NCBI GenBank assembly: GCA_040260805.1
Contig: JBDQPD010000047.1
Location: 1-25,095, forward strand
Direction: 5' to 3'
Length of the DNA stretch: 25,095 bases
DNA from: Myxococcota bacterium
GTDB lineage: Bacteria > Myxococcota > UBA4151
Positions 1 to 8,820 of the stretch are shown piece by piece. The notes below the pieces were generated by a model, which ran no database searches, had not been told where the DNA came from, and was given only the letters and a program-made list of their open reading frames with translations. Numbering within the stretch: the stretch's first letter is position 1; the number at the start of each line of letters is the position of its first letter. A program made the translations under genes and the position numbers.

Positions 1-2400
1 CAAGCGGGTCAAGAGGGTTGCGATGACGCCAACGCCGACAACTCGGATGGCTGCGTTCAGGGCTGCCGTATCGCTCGTTGCGGTGACGGCTTTGTTCAAG
101 CGGGCGAAGAGGCCTGCGACGACGCCAACGCGGACAATACCGACGGCTGCGTTCGAGGCTGCGTGGTGGCTCAATGCGGCGATGGCTACGTTCACGCCGG
201 TCAAGAGGCTTGCGATGACGCCAACGGGGTCAACACGGACGCCTGTCTAAACACCTGTATCTCAGCGCGCTGCGGCGATGGCTTCGTCCATCAAGGTCGG
301 GAAGATTGCGACGACGCCAACGCATCCAACACCGACGCCTGCTTGAACAGCTGCGCAGCCGCAAGCTGCGGTGACGGCTTTGTGCAAGCGGGTCAAGAAG
401 CCTGCGATGACGCCAACGCCGACAACACCGACGCCTGTTTGAACAGCTGCGCGGTGGCGCAGTGCGGCGATGGCTTTGTCCACGCCGGTCAAGAGGCTTG
501 CGATGACGCCAACGGCGTCAACACCGACGGCTGCCTGACCAGCTGCGTCTTAGCACGTTGCGGCGATGGCTTTGTGCATCAAGGCGCAGAAGCCTGTGAT
601 GACGCCAACGCCAACAACACCGACGGCTGTCTGGACACCTGTGTCGCCGCTGGCTGCGGTGACGGCTTTGTGCAAGCCGGAGTCGAGGCCTGTGACGATG
701 GCAACCGATCCAACGGCGATGCGTGCCTCAACACCTGCGCCGTGGCTCGTTGCGGTGATGGCTTTGTCCAGGTCGGGCAAGAGGCTTGCGATGACGCCAA
801 TGGTGTGAACACGGACGGATGCTTAACGAGCTGTGTGGCGGCTCGCTGCGGCGACGGCTTTGTCCACGCTGGGCAGGAGGCCTGCGACGACGCCAACGGT
901 GTGAACACCGATGGCTGTTTAAACACCTGCGCGGCGGCTCGCTGCGGCGATGGCTTTGTCCACGCTGGCCAAGAAGCCTGTGATGACGGAAACGACTCGA
1001 ACACTGATGGCTGTTTGACGACGTGCAACGCAGCAAGCTGCGGCGACGGCTTCGTTCATGCCGGTCAAGAGGCCTGCGATGACGCCAATGGTGTCAACAC
1101 CGACGCCTGTCTGAACAATTGCGTCTCGGCGCGCTGCGGCGATGGCGTCGTTCATGCTGGGCAAGAGGGTTGCGATGACGGCAACGCCACCAACACCGAC
1201 GGCTGCTTGAACAACTGCAACGCCGCGCGCTGCGGCGACGGTGTGGTCCAAGCGGGTCAAGAAGCCTGCGACGATGGCAACGTCAGCAACTCAGATGGAT
1301 GCCTCAACAGTTGCAACACGGCTCGCTGCGGCGACGGCGTGGTTCATGCGGGCCAAGAAGCCTGCGATGATGGGAATGGATCCAATACGGATGGTTGTTT
1401 GACCAACTGCACCGCCGCTCGCTGCGGTGACGGTCATGTTCAAGCCGGTCAAGAAGCCTGCGATGATGGGAATGGATCCAATACGGATGGTTGTTTGACC
1501 AACTGCACCGCCGCTCGTTGCGGTGACGGTCACGTTCAGGCGGGCGAAGAAGCCTGCGATGACGGAAACGGGTCCAACACCGACGCGTGCCTCACAAACT
1601 GTACCTCTGCTCGCTGCGGTGATGGTCATGTTCAGGCGGGTCAAGAAGCCTGCGATGACGGCAACGGCTCGAACACCGACGCCTGCTTGAACAGTTGCGT
1701 CTCGGCTCGCTGCGGTGACGGTGTCGTGCATGCAGGTCAAGAGGCTTGCGATGACGGCAACGGCTCGAATACGGATGGCTGCTTGACCAACTGCAACGCT
1801 GCGCGCTGCGGCGACGGTCATGTTCAGGCCGGTCAAGAGGCTTGCGATGACGGCAACGGGTCGAACACCGACGCCTGCTTGACCAGCTGCACCTCGGCTC
1901 GCTGCGGTGATGGTCATGTGCGCGCCGGGGTCGAGACCTGCGATGATCAAAATATAGTCCAGACCGATGCCTGCTTGAACACCTGCCAAAGCGCCCGTTG
2001 CGGTGATGGTGTGGTTCGTGCTGGGGTTGAGGACTGCGATGATGGCAACCAAGTTGATGGGGATGCCTGTTCGAACTCTTGTGAAAACACCGTCAACGGT
2101 GACTTAGGAAATATCGATTTCTGCGGGTACGGTACCGCCAACGGTCGGCGCGTCGGGATCTACAACAGTCAGCTGGGCCGTCGTCACAACGGTCACGGTA
2201 ACTGGGACAGCTTTTGTCAGGCGAACGGATGGGCACGCTCGAACACGGGGTATGGAAACTGGAACCGAGATTGCAACTGGGTGATGTCGAACTGGTCGAA
2301 CTGGGGCGTGGGATCGGGTACCGGCCCTCAGACCTCGAACTCGTTACCGCCAAATCGTCCTGCGAACTATGCGCACATCTACATGACGTGCATTGAGTAG
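1..2400 (+). CDS. Cys-rich repeat surface protein (Myxococcus Cys-rich repeat / DUF4215-type), 5'-truncated by window edge, with a non-repeat C-terminal domain
   Basis: Frame 1 is open from base 1 (QAGQEGCDDANADNSDGCVQGCRIARCGDG...), so the ORF-track start at 163 is internal. Tandem CGDGxxxxGxExCDDxNxxxxDxCxxxC units are followed by a ~104-aa unique tail; stop TAG at 2398-2400. Confidence 0.9.
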   Translation, partial: QAGQEGCDDANADNSDGCVQGCRIARCGDGFVQAGEEACDDANADNTDGCVRGCVVAQCGDGYVHAGQEACDDANGVNTDACLNTCISARCGDGFVHQGREDCDDANASNTDACLNSCAAASCGDGFVQAGQEACDDANADNTDACLNSCAVAQCGDGFVHAGQEACDDANGVNTDGCLTSCVLARCGDGFVHQGAEACDDANANNTDGCLDTCVAAGCGDGFVQAGVEACDDGNRSNGDACLNTCAVARCGDGFVQVGQEACDDANGVNTDGCLTSCVAARCGDGFVHAGQEACDDANGVNTDGCLNTCAAARCGDGFVHAGQEACDDGNDSNTDGCLTTCNAASCGDGFVHAGQEACDDANGVNTDACLNNCVSARCGDGVVHAGQEGCDDGNATNTDGCLNNCNAARCGDGVVQAGQEACDDGNVSNSDGCLNSCNTARCGDGVVHAGQEACDDGNGSNTDGCLTNCTAARCGDGHVQAGQEACDDGNGSNTDGCLTNCTAARCGDGHVQAGEEACDDGNGSNTDACLTNCTSARCGDGHVQAGQEACDDGNGSNTDACLNSCVSARCGDGVVHAGQEACDDGNGSNTDGCLTNCNAARCGDGHVQAGQEACDDGNGSNTDACLTSCTSARCGDGHVRAGVETCDDQNIVQTDACLNTCQSARCGDGVVRAGVEDCDDGNQVDGDACSNSCENTVNGDLGNIDFCGYGTANGRRVGIYNSQLGRRHNGHGNWDSFCQANGWARSNTGYGNWNRDCNWVMSNWSNWGVGSGTGPQTSNSLPPNRPANYAHIYMTCIE
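79..2082 (+). repeat. Intragenic tandem array with 96-bp (32-aa) period: 21 CGDG-initiated units plus a partial unit at the window start
   Basis: The TGC of each CGDG falls at 79, 175, 271 ... 1903, 1999, exactly every 96 nt. Positions 1354-1421 and 1450-1517 are identical over 68 nt. Confidence 0.95.
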
Positions 2401-2405
2401 GAACT

Positions 2406-3263
2406 CTAACTGCGGCTCGGGATCACCAGCTTTTCGATCCAGTTCTTAACCTCGATACAGCGCGTCGCCGCGTCCTCGACGTCGCCATCGATACCGAGGC
2501 GCCAGGCGATGTCGCGGCGAGTCGGGTCGTCGTGCAGGTTTTGGAGATCGTCGATGTACGCGCGAGCGGTCTTCTCATCGGGGAAGAAGCCGCGTCGGAT
2601 CAGCTTAGGGATGCGGCAGCTCACCAAGCCAGCCATGTCGCTCAGGTCGTACTCGGGATGGTACTGGACTGACCAGAACACGCCCTTGTCGAAGCGCACG
2701 TCAACGGCTTGAACCTTGGACCATGAGTTACCCGCCAACGAGACGCCAAAGGGGCTCAGGTCGGTGACCTCATCGTCGTGGCTCGTGAAGGCGTCAAAGA
2801 CCTCGGGTTTACCCTCAAACATGGGGTGCGCCAGGCCTTCGGGCGTGAGCTTGATCTTTCGGCTGATGCCTTGCTCTCGACCGTTGATGTTGGGGCTCAC
2901 GCAGCCGCCCGCAGCGACCACTGCGATTTGAGCCGCCCAGCACGAGCCAAAGCTTGGCGTTCCTGAGGCGAAGCCGTCTTTAGCGAGCTGGATCTGCTTG
3001 TGAACCGGCTCAATGTCGTCGTTGAGGCACAGGCTGCAGCCGGTCCACGCGATGCCGTCGAACTCGGATAGGCCGGCGGCATCAGGCAGCTCGGTGCCGG
3101 GATCGGCAGGGTGCAATAAGGTGACCTCAACCGGAACCGGTGACCAGCGCTTGAGCATCGCATCATAGAGCATACCGGCGGGTTTGGCGCCGAACTCTAA
3201 GAACTGATCACGGCCTTCTTTGGTGTAGCCGTCGATCACGAGAATTTTGAGGGGCTTGTCCAT
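2406..3263 (-). CDS. Stand-alone class I (type 1) glutamine amidotransferase-like protein
   Basis: Nucleophile elbow FGSCWAAQ and His-Pro-Glu motif QYHPEY. Likely start is the ATG at 3263 (MDKPLKILVIDG), 1 nt after the HAD gene stop; the ORF-track start at 3356 overlaps the HAD gene. Confidence 0.85.
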   Translation of the reverse strand: MDKPLKILVIDGYTKEGRDQFLEFGAKPAGMLYDAMLKRWSPVPVEVTLLHPADPGTELPDAAGLSEFDGIAWTGCSLCLNDDIEPVHKQIQLAKDGFASGTPSFGSCWAAQIAVVAAGGCVSPNINGREQGISRKIKLTPEGLAHPMFEGKPEVFDAFTSHDDEVTDLSPFGVSLAGNSWSKVQAVDVRFDKGVFWSVQYHPEYDLSDMAGLVSCRIPKLIRRGFFPDEKTARAYIDDLQNLHDDPTRRDIAWRLGIDGDVEDAATRCIEVKNWIEKLVIPSRS

Positions 3264-3264
3264 G

Positions 3265-4008
3265 CTAGCCTTTCGCGAGCGTGTCGATAATTCCAGGCAG
3301 ATCCGAGTACCGTTCGCACAGCGCATCGGCGCTGTGCCCCTCTTTGTCCGCATCACGCGAGGCGGTAAAGAGAATAGCCTTCATACCCAGCGCATGAGGC
3401 CCGTCGATGTCGTTGCTGTGACGATCGCCGATATGCACCATCTCTTGGACCGGAACGCCCAATCCTTGAGCCGCCGTATCGAACATCGAGCGGTGCGGTT
3501 TGGAGCGCCCGACCTCGTCGGAGAAGGCGAAGCTCGAGAAGTGCGCTTTGACGCCGTGCTTACTGAGCAACTGTCTAAGGATCGTGCCCGGCGAGACGAT
3601 AGCGTCTGAGCAGATCGCCAGCTGGTATCGACTGGCGATCTCGGCGATGGCTTCAGCCGCCCCGTCGATTAGGCGAGGGGAGTGATCAAGCTCCATGATC
3701 TCCCAGCCGTGAACAGCTTGGGCGATCGCTTCGTCGCTCGGTGAGGCGCCGAGATGATCAAAGACTCGCCGTAGTCGATAGTCGACTGTCCAATTGGTGT
3801 ACTCGACCTTCCAGGCGTGGCGAAACTCGACATCGACGGCGTCGCATGATGCGGTGACCTCGTCGAGGCTGCGCTCTGGAACGGCGGCGTGCAAGAGGGC
3901 GCGCCGCTCATCGTGCTTGCTGCGAAGCCCCCGTGCGGCGCGCTCTTCTTCATCGGAGTCGTCGACAACAATAGTGTCCCAAAGATCAAAAGAGACGGCA
4001 CGAATCAT
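3265..4008 (-). CDS. HAD-superfamily hydrolase (subfamily IA-like)
   Basis: Motif I AVSFDLWDT at the N-terminus, motif III SKP, motif IV HIGDRHSNDIDG. ATG at 4008 is preceded by GGGGA. Confidence 0.88.
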   Translation of the reverse strand: MIRAVSFDLWDTIVVDDSDEEERAARGLRSKHDERRALLHAAVPERSLDEVTASCDAVDVEFRHAWKVEYTNWTVDYRLRRVFDHLGASPSDEAIAQAVHGWEIMELDHSPRLIDGAAEAIAEIASRYQLAICSDAIVSPGTILRQLLSKHGVKAHFSSFAFSDEVGRSKPHRSMFDTAAQGLGVPVQEMVHIGDRHSNDIDGPHALGMKAILFTASRDADKEGHSADALCERYSDLPGIIDTLAKG

Positions 4009-4108
4009 AACTGTATCCCCGTAGAATGGCGGCACCGTAAACATTTGCCAGATGCTTGGGAAGCCGGGCATGTTCGAGGGCGCTTAGCGCACGATAAGGC
4101 AGAGCCGA

Positions 4109-6463
4109 ATGAAGAACTTAGTGGTGATGGTCACCGTGATGTGTGCTGCGGCGCCGGTGGCGTCGGCGCAGCGGATCTTGGTCCAACCCTACCTACAGCA
4201 GATGACGCCGACCTCGGTGTGGATCCTTTGGGAGACAGATCGAGCTGGCGAGGGCAGAGTGGACTGGGGTGAGAGCGAGGCGTTCGGGCAGATGGCCGTC
4301 GCCGCGTCGAATGAGAACTGGGTGGGCTCACGCATTCATGAGGTCCAGCTGACCGGACTTCAGCCCGAGACCAGCTACTACTACCGAGTGCGCACCGGCA
4401 ACGTCAGCAGCGCACCGAACCACTTCCATACGCCGGCGTTGCAAGCCTCGGAGGCGCCGACGCACATCGCCGTCGTGAGCGACATGCAGCGTGACGGCGC
4501 GCAGGCTCAGATTTATCGGCAAATCCTCAACCAGGGCATCGCTCCATTTTGCCGCGAAGAGCAGCAAACCTCGATCGCTGAGGCTTTAAGTATGGTCTTG
4601 ATCCCTGGCGACCTGGTGCCCACGGGTTTGAACATCAACCACTGGCGAGACTACTTCTTCGCCGACAGCACCGACTTGATGGGGCAGGTTCCCTTTTATC
4701 CGGTGCTTGGAAACCACGAGAACAATACCCCGTTTTTCTACAACTACTTTCATCTGCCGACCAACGGCTCGCCTGGGCACGAGGAGCAGTGGTGGTGGTT
4801 TGACCAGAGCAACCTGCGGATCATCGGTTTGGACTCAAACGGTTCGGGGCGAGGCGAGGAGCAGCTGACTTGGCTCAGCGGTGTGCTCGACGATGCCTGC
4901 TCAAACGAGCTCATCGATTTTGTCTTCGCTCAGCTGCATCATCCACACCACTCCGAGCTGTGGATCGCTGGCAACACGGCGTGGACCGGTGAGGTGATTG
5001 ATCAACTCGAGCAGTTTTCAAGCGCCTGCGGCAAACCCAGCGTTCACTTTTATGGGCACACGCACGGCTACAGCCGAGGCCAGAGCCAAGAGCATAACCA
5101 CACCATGGTCAACGCCGCGAGCGCCGGCGGCCGGCTTGATCGCTGGGGTGAATATGCTCAGGTCGATTATCCGGAGTATTCGATCAGCACGGATGATTAC
5201 GGCTTTGTGCATGTCGACGTTCAAGCTGGCGATGACCCGCAATTTCGGATCCGGCGTCTGAGCTGGGGCGTGCCCGAAGCGATGAGCCGAAACGAGCTCA
5301 CCGATGAGCTGTTGATTCGTAAAAATAACCAAAGCCCTCAGACCCCAAGCGCCTACGCTTATGACGGCGACGTCTCGCCCGATTGTTTCACCTTAGCCGC
5401 CTCTGAATACCGCGAGGAAGACGGTGATGAGCATGGCGCGAGCCATTGGCAAGTCGCTCAGGCTTGCAATGACTTCAGCGCCCCGCTGGTCGACCGCTGG
5501 CGCCAATCCAAGAACATCTATTTTGGGGTCGATCGCTTGGGCGGGATCGATCTGACCCAAGAGCAGATCGAGGGGCTTGAGCCGGAGCGCAGTTATTGCT
5601 GGCGAGTGCGTTACCGTGACTCCTCTTTGGGCTGGAGCGAGTGGTCCGAGCCTGAGGTGGTCTGGACCGGCGCCCGAGTGGGCTCGGGGAATCTACTGAT
5701 CAACGGCGACGCGGAGCAAGGAACCCAAGGCTGGGAATCGGTTCAGGGCCCGTTTGAGAGCCTGACCGACGGTGAATGCAACGGCGTGAGCCCCTTCGAG
5801 GGGGAACGCTACTTCGCGATCGGTGGCTTGTGCGAGGGCGAGGTCGACAACGGAGAAGCCCGCCAGCGTGTCGATGTCAGCGACTGGGCAGAGTCCATCG
5901 ACGATGGCGATTTAGCGGCGCACCTCGAGGGGTACCTGCGGGACTTTAATGGCTCGGACGAGGTGGCGCTGAGTATGGTGTTTTGGGACGCAGATGGCGG
6001 TGAGCTCGGTCGCCCCGACCGGTTGACTCGGCGTGAGGGCTCGTGGGCACGCGTCGCCCAATCACCCCTGATTCCGGTGGGCACGCGCAGCGTCGATGTG
6101 GTGCTGACCGGGACGCGCCGCGCCGGCACCGACAACGACAGCTACGCCGACGCCTTGCGCCTTCGGTTAGCGCCTCAGGCGGAAGCGGGTTGTCAGGAGC
6201 CACCGAGTCCGCCACCGCCTGCGCCAGATGCAGGCCCTGCGCCCGACGCCGCCCTTGAGTCGGATGCAGGTGCGCCGCCCTTCGATACAGGCAACCTGAT
6301 CGCTGACGCCGGACCCTTGGCGCCGCCTGCTGACGCGGGCTTGGATGCGCCGCCCGTCAGCGGCTGCGGCTGCGCAGCGGGCACGGCGCCCTCGATGCTG
6401 CTGTGGTGTGTGGTCGCAGGCCTTCGACGGCGTCAGCGAGCGAGCAGGGGACGCAGCGCCTGA
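4109..6463 (+). CDS. Secreted purple-acid-phosphatase-like metallophosphoesterase with FN3-like domains, a jelly-roll domain, Pro/Asp linker and MYXO-CTERM-like anchor
   Basis: Signal peptide; PAP N-terminal FN3 (HEVQLTGLQPETSYYYRV); calcineurin-like motifs SDMQ, GDLV, GNHE, HHP, GHTH; second FN3-like segment (GLEPERSYCWRVRYRD); NLLINGDAE...YADAL domain; C-terminus SGCGC + hydrophobic stretch + RRRQR. Confidence 0.85.
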   Translation: MKNLVVMVTVMCAAAPVASAQRILVQPYLQQMTPTSVWILWETDRAGEGRVDWGESEAFGQMAVAASNENWVGSRIHEVQLTGLQPETSYYYRVRTGNVSSAPNHFHTPALQASEAPTHIAVVSDMQRDGAQAQIYRQILNQGIAPFCREEQQTSIAEALSMVLIPGDLVPTGLNINHWRDYFFADSTDLMGQVPFYPVLGNHENNTPFFYNYFHLPTNGSPGHEEQWWWFDQSNLRIIGLDSNGSGRGEEQLTWLSGVLDDACSNELIDFVFAQLHHPHHSELWIAGNTAWTGEVIDQLEQFSSACGKPSVHFYGHTHGYSRGQSQEHNHTMVNAASAGGRLDRWGEYAQVDYPEYSISTDDYGFVHVDVQAGDDPQFRIRRLSWGVPEAMSRNELTDELLIRKNNQSPQTPSAYAYDGDVSPDCFTLAASEYREEDGDEHGASHWQVAQACNDFSAPLVDRWRQSKNIYFGVDRLGGIDLTQEQIEGLEPERSYCWRVRYRDSSLGWSEWSEPEVVWTGARVGSGNLLINGDAEQGTQGWESVQGPFESLTDGECNGVSPFEGERYFAIGGLCEGEVDNGEARQRVDVSDWAESIDDGDLAAHLEGYLRDFNGSDEVALSMVFWDADGGELGRPDRLTRREGSWARVAQSPLIPVGTRSVDVVLTGTRRAGTDNDSYADALRLRLAPQAEAGCQEPPSPPPPAPDAGPAPDAALESDAGAPPFDTGNLIADAGPLAPPADAGLDAPPVSGCGCAAGTAPSMLLWCVVAGLRRRQRASRGRSA

Positions 6464-7356
6464 CCGAGCTGATCTGAGACACGCTCGGCCGAGGGCGGAT
6501 CAAGGTGGCTACCGTCGTAGCTCGACAGGTTCGTCCACGGCATGTCGATCCACTGCGCTCCTGCGGTTTTGAGTCGCGCTTTGACGACCTCTTTGGACCA
6601 GCCGCCGGCTTGGCGTTCGAGCTCTCGCATCGCAGGCGTCCGGGGCGGAACCAAGGCGATCACGCGGATCCCCTTGGAGGTCGTTTCACGAACCCAGCTA
6701 GCCAGCGCCACGAGGCGAGCCTCTTGAACGGGCGACGCGGTGAGTAGCTTGCGGTAGCTTTTGAGCGCGCGCTCGGGGTCTTTGGGAGTGGTCACCGAGG
6801 CGACGAAGCCGCGCGCATCGAAGGACTCATGGTAGGCGACGGAGCCGGCACCTTGACGCGCCATGAGCAAGCCATCGGTAGGGTCTTTGATCCACGCAGG
6901 CCAAGCCTTTCGACTGATCCACGCGCCGCGCTGGCTCAACCACACCGTAGCTCGGTTGCGCTGCGCAAAGCCGTCGTAGTGCGGATTATCCGAGCCTTGC
7001 TTGGGCGCAGTTAGGCTGTGCGCTGTGAGCGCAAGGACCACAAAAGGGGTAGCCGACTCAGGGTCGAGATGAGCGAGCGCAGCGTTCAAAAGGTCGGGCG
7101 TGAGTCGAGCCGAGCTGTAGCCAAAATTATGAAGGGTAACGCCAGGCAGTTTGGCTTCGATCCGTGTGGGTGAGAAGCCACGATACAGCCTCGAGTCGCC
7201 GACCATCACTCCATCAAAGGCTTCGCTCGGGTAGGTCTTGTTGAGCCAGAAGCTGTGCTTATCGATCGACTGATCTGCCTCGGATTGGGTGCCCAGATTA
7301 AAGGCTGCGACGAGCGCCATCAATACACAGAAATAAAGAGCGGTTGGGCGAAGCAT
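6433..7356 (-). CDS. SGNH-like membrane-anchored protein, putative acyltransferase partner of the MBOAT (AlgJ/PatB/DltD-like role)
   Basis: N-terminal hydrophobic anchor, block I VMVGDSR and C-terminal DxxH (YDGSHL). ATG at 7356 lies 1 nt after the MBOAT stop. Confidence 0.7.
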   Translation of the reverse strand: MLRPTALYFCVLMALVAAFNLGTQSEADQSIDKHSFWLNKTYPSEAFDGVMVGDSRLYRGFSPTRIEAKLPGVTLHNFGYSSARLTPDLLNAALAHLDPESATPFVVLALTAHSLTAPKQGSDNPHYDGFAQRNRATVWLSQRGAWISRKAWPAWIKDPTDGLLMARQGAGSVAYHESFDARGFVASVTTPKDPERALKSYRKLLTASPVQEARLVALASWVRETTSKGIRVIALVPPRTPAMRELERQAGGWSKEVVKARLKTAGAQWIDMPWTNLSSYDGSHLDPPSAERVSDQLGQALRPLLAR

Positions 7357-7357
7357 A

Positions 7358-8773
7358 TCAGAACTGAAAGTAGATGAATTGAGCGGCAGGACCGCGCAGG
7401 GTGATCGCAGCACAAGCGATCGCAGCCAGAGCGATGGGTTGCCAGCGGCGTTGCGCTGTCGGCGAGAGTTGATGCCAGCCTAAGCCAAAGACGGCGGCGA
7501 GCTCGCGCAGCGCAAACAGAGCGATCAGCGCGATGGGAATCAGGCTAAAGGTTGATGCAGCTAATGACGAGGGCTCACTGGGAACTAGACCGGTCATCAC
7601 GCCGATGATGGTGCCAGCTTGATCGATGCTTTGAGCACGAAACATCACCCAGGCTATTAAGACGACCGCTAGGGTCAAGGCACGCCCGAACCTGGGACCG
7701 ATCCGCTGAGCTAAGCCGGTCACGCGCTCAAAGGCTAGAAAGCCGGCGTGCAAGGCGCCCCAGGCGACAAAGGTCCAGGCTGCGCCGTGCCATAAGCCAG
7801 AGATGAGCATGGTCGTCGCCATGGCGCCGAGTCCCCAAGCGACGCCGCGCCGTGAGCCACCCAAGGGGATGTAGACGTAGTCGCGAAACCAGCTCGACAA
7901 GCTGATGTGCCAGCGGGTCCAAAAGTCGCGCAGGCTGGTGGCGATATAAGGATGGTTAAAGTTGATTCCAAAATCAAAACCCATCCATTTGCCTAAGCCA
8001 CGTGCGATGTCCGTATAGCCGGAAAAGTCGCCGTAAATTTGAGCCGCAAAAAGCGCCGCAACAAACCACCAATAGCCTGCCGATCCGCTGGTGTTACCGT
8101 TAGCAAAGGCGGCGTCGACGTAGGGCGCTAGTTGGTCGGCGAGGATGATCTTCTTAGCCAAGCCATAAACGATCAGCCGAAGGCCTTCATCGAGTTGGTT
8201 TGAGCTCGCAGGTTTAGGGTCTAAGACCTCGGGTAAGAGCTGCGCGGCGCGTACAATCGGCCCGGCAACCAACTGAGGAAAGAGCGACAGGTAGGCGAAG
8301 AAGGCTAAGAGGTTTCGGGTGGGCTGGAGCCGCCCTCGATAGACATCGATGGTGTAGGACATCGACTGAAAGGTGTAAAAGCTGATGCCCACCGGCAGGG
8401 CGTCAAAGGTCGCAGGTAGAGCAGCCTCGAACCCAAAACTGACGCCAAAGTGAGCCAGCAACAGATCAAGGTTATGGGTTAGAAAGTGTGCGTATTTGAA
8501 GGCGCCAAGGAGGCCAAGGTTGCCGACCAATGAGCAGGCTAGGAAGATCCGCTTTCGGTGCGGCGAGCGCTTCATGCCCAAACCCGAGGCGTAGTCGATC
8601 AGCCCTGAGGCGATGATCAACCCGATGTATGAGACCGACCACCACCCATAAAAGATCAGCGAGGCGGAGATCAGGAAGGCCTGTTTCAGGTGCGGCGAGC
8701 GGCGCGCAAGCCCAGACCATCCTGCATAGAAGATCGCAGCGAAGATTAGGAAGACAAGCGAATTGAACAGCAT
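7358..8773 (-). CDS. MBOAT family O-acyltransferase (AlgI/PatA/DltB-like)
   Basis: MLFNSxxF start, LPVGISFYTFQSMSY, FPQLVAGPIVRA, DFSGYTD, FWTRWHISLSSWFRDYVYIPLGG, catalytic GLWHGA, C-terminal FIYFQF. Confidence 0.95.
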   Translation of the reverse strand: MLFNSLVFLIFAAIFYAGWSGLARRSPHLKQAFLISASLIFYGWWSVSYIGLIIASGLIDYASGLGMKRSPHRKRIFLACSLVGNLGLLGAFKYAHFLTHNLDLLLAHFGVSFGFEAALPATFDALPVGISFYTFQSMSYTIDVYRGRLQPTRNLLAFFAYLSLFPQLVAGPIVRAAQLLPEVLDPKPASSNQLDEGLRLIVYGLAKKIILADQLAPYVDAAFANGNTSGSAGYWWFVAALFAAQIYGDFSGYTDIARGLGKWMGFDFGINFNHPYIATSLRDFWTRWHISLSSWFRDYVYIPLGGSRRGVAWGLGAMATTMLISGLWHGAAWTFVAWGALHAGFLAFERVTGLAQRIGPRFGRALTLAVVLIAWVMFRAQSIDQAGTIIGVMTGLVPSEPSSLAASTFSLIPIALIALFALRELAAVFGLGWHQLSPTAQRRWQPIALAAIACAAITLRGPAAQFIYFQF

Positions 8774-8820
8774 GTCGGGTCTCTAAGCCGATCGGCGCCC
8801 TGTTTTATAACTCTTTCGAA

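Noticed and set aside
1291..2052. 253-aa minus-strand ORF and similar ORFs opposite both repeat genes
   Set aside because: Antisense shadows of GC-rich repetitive coding sequence.
1..2082. Regular repeats as a CRISPR array
   Set aside because: The units are contiguous, in-frame, codon-degenerate protein repeats without unique spacers, and there are no cas genes.
2086..2400. AAC-rich, possibly lectin-like C-terminus as a diversity-generating retroelement target or template
   Set aside because: No second near-identical copy differing at adenines and no reverse transcriptase in the window. A remote DGR cannot be excluded but is unsupported here.
7358..8773. Naming the MBOAT algI or dltB
   Set aside because: No alginate or dlt operon context; family membership alone does not fix the substrate.
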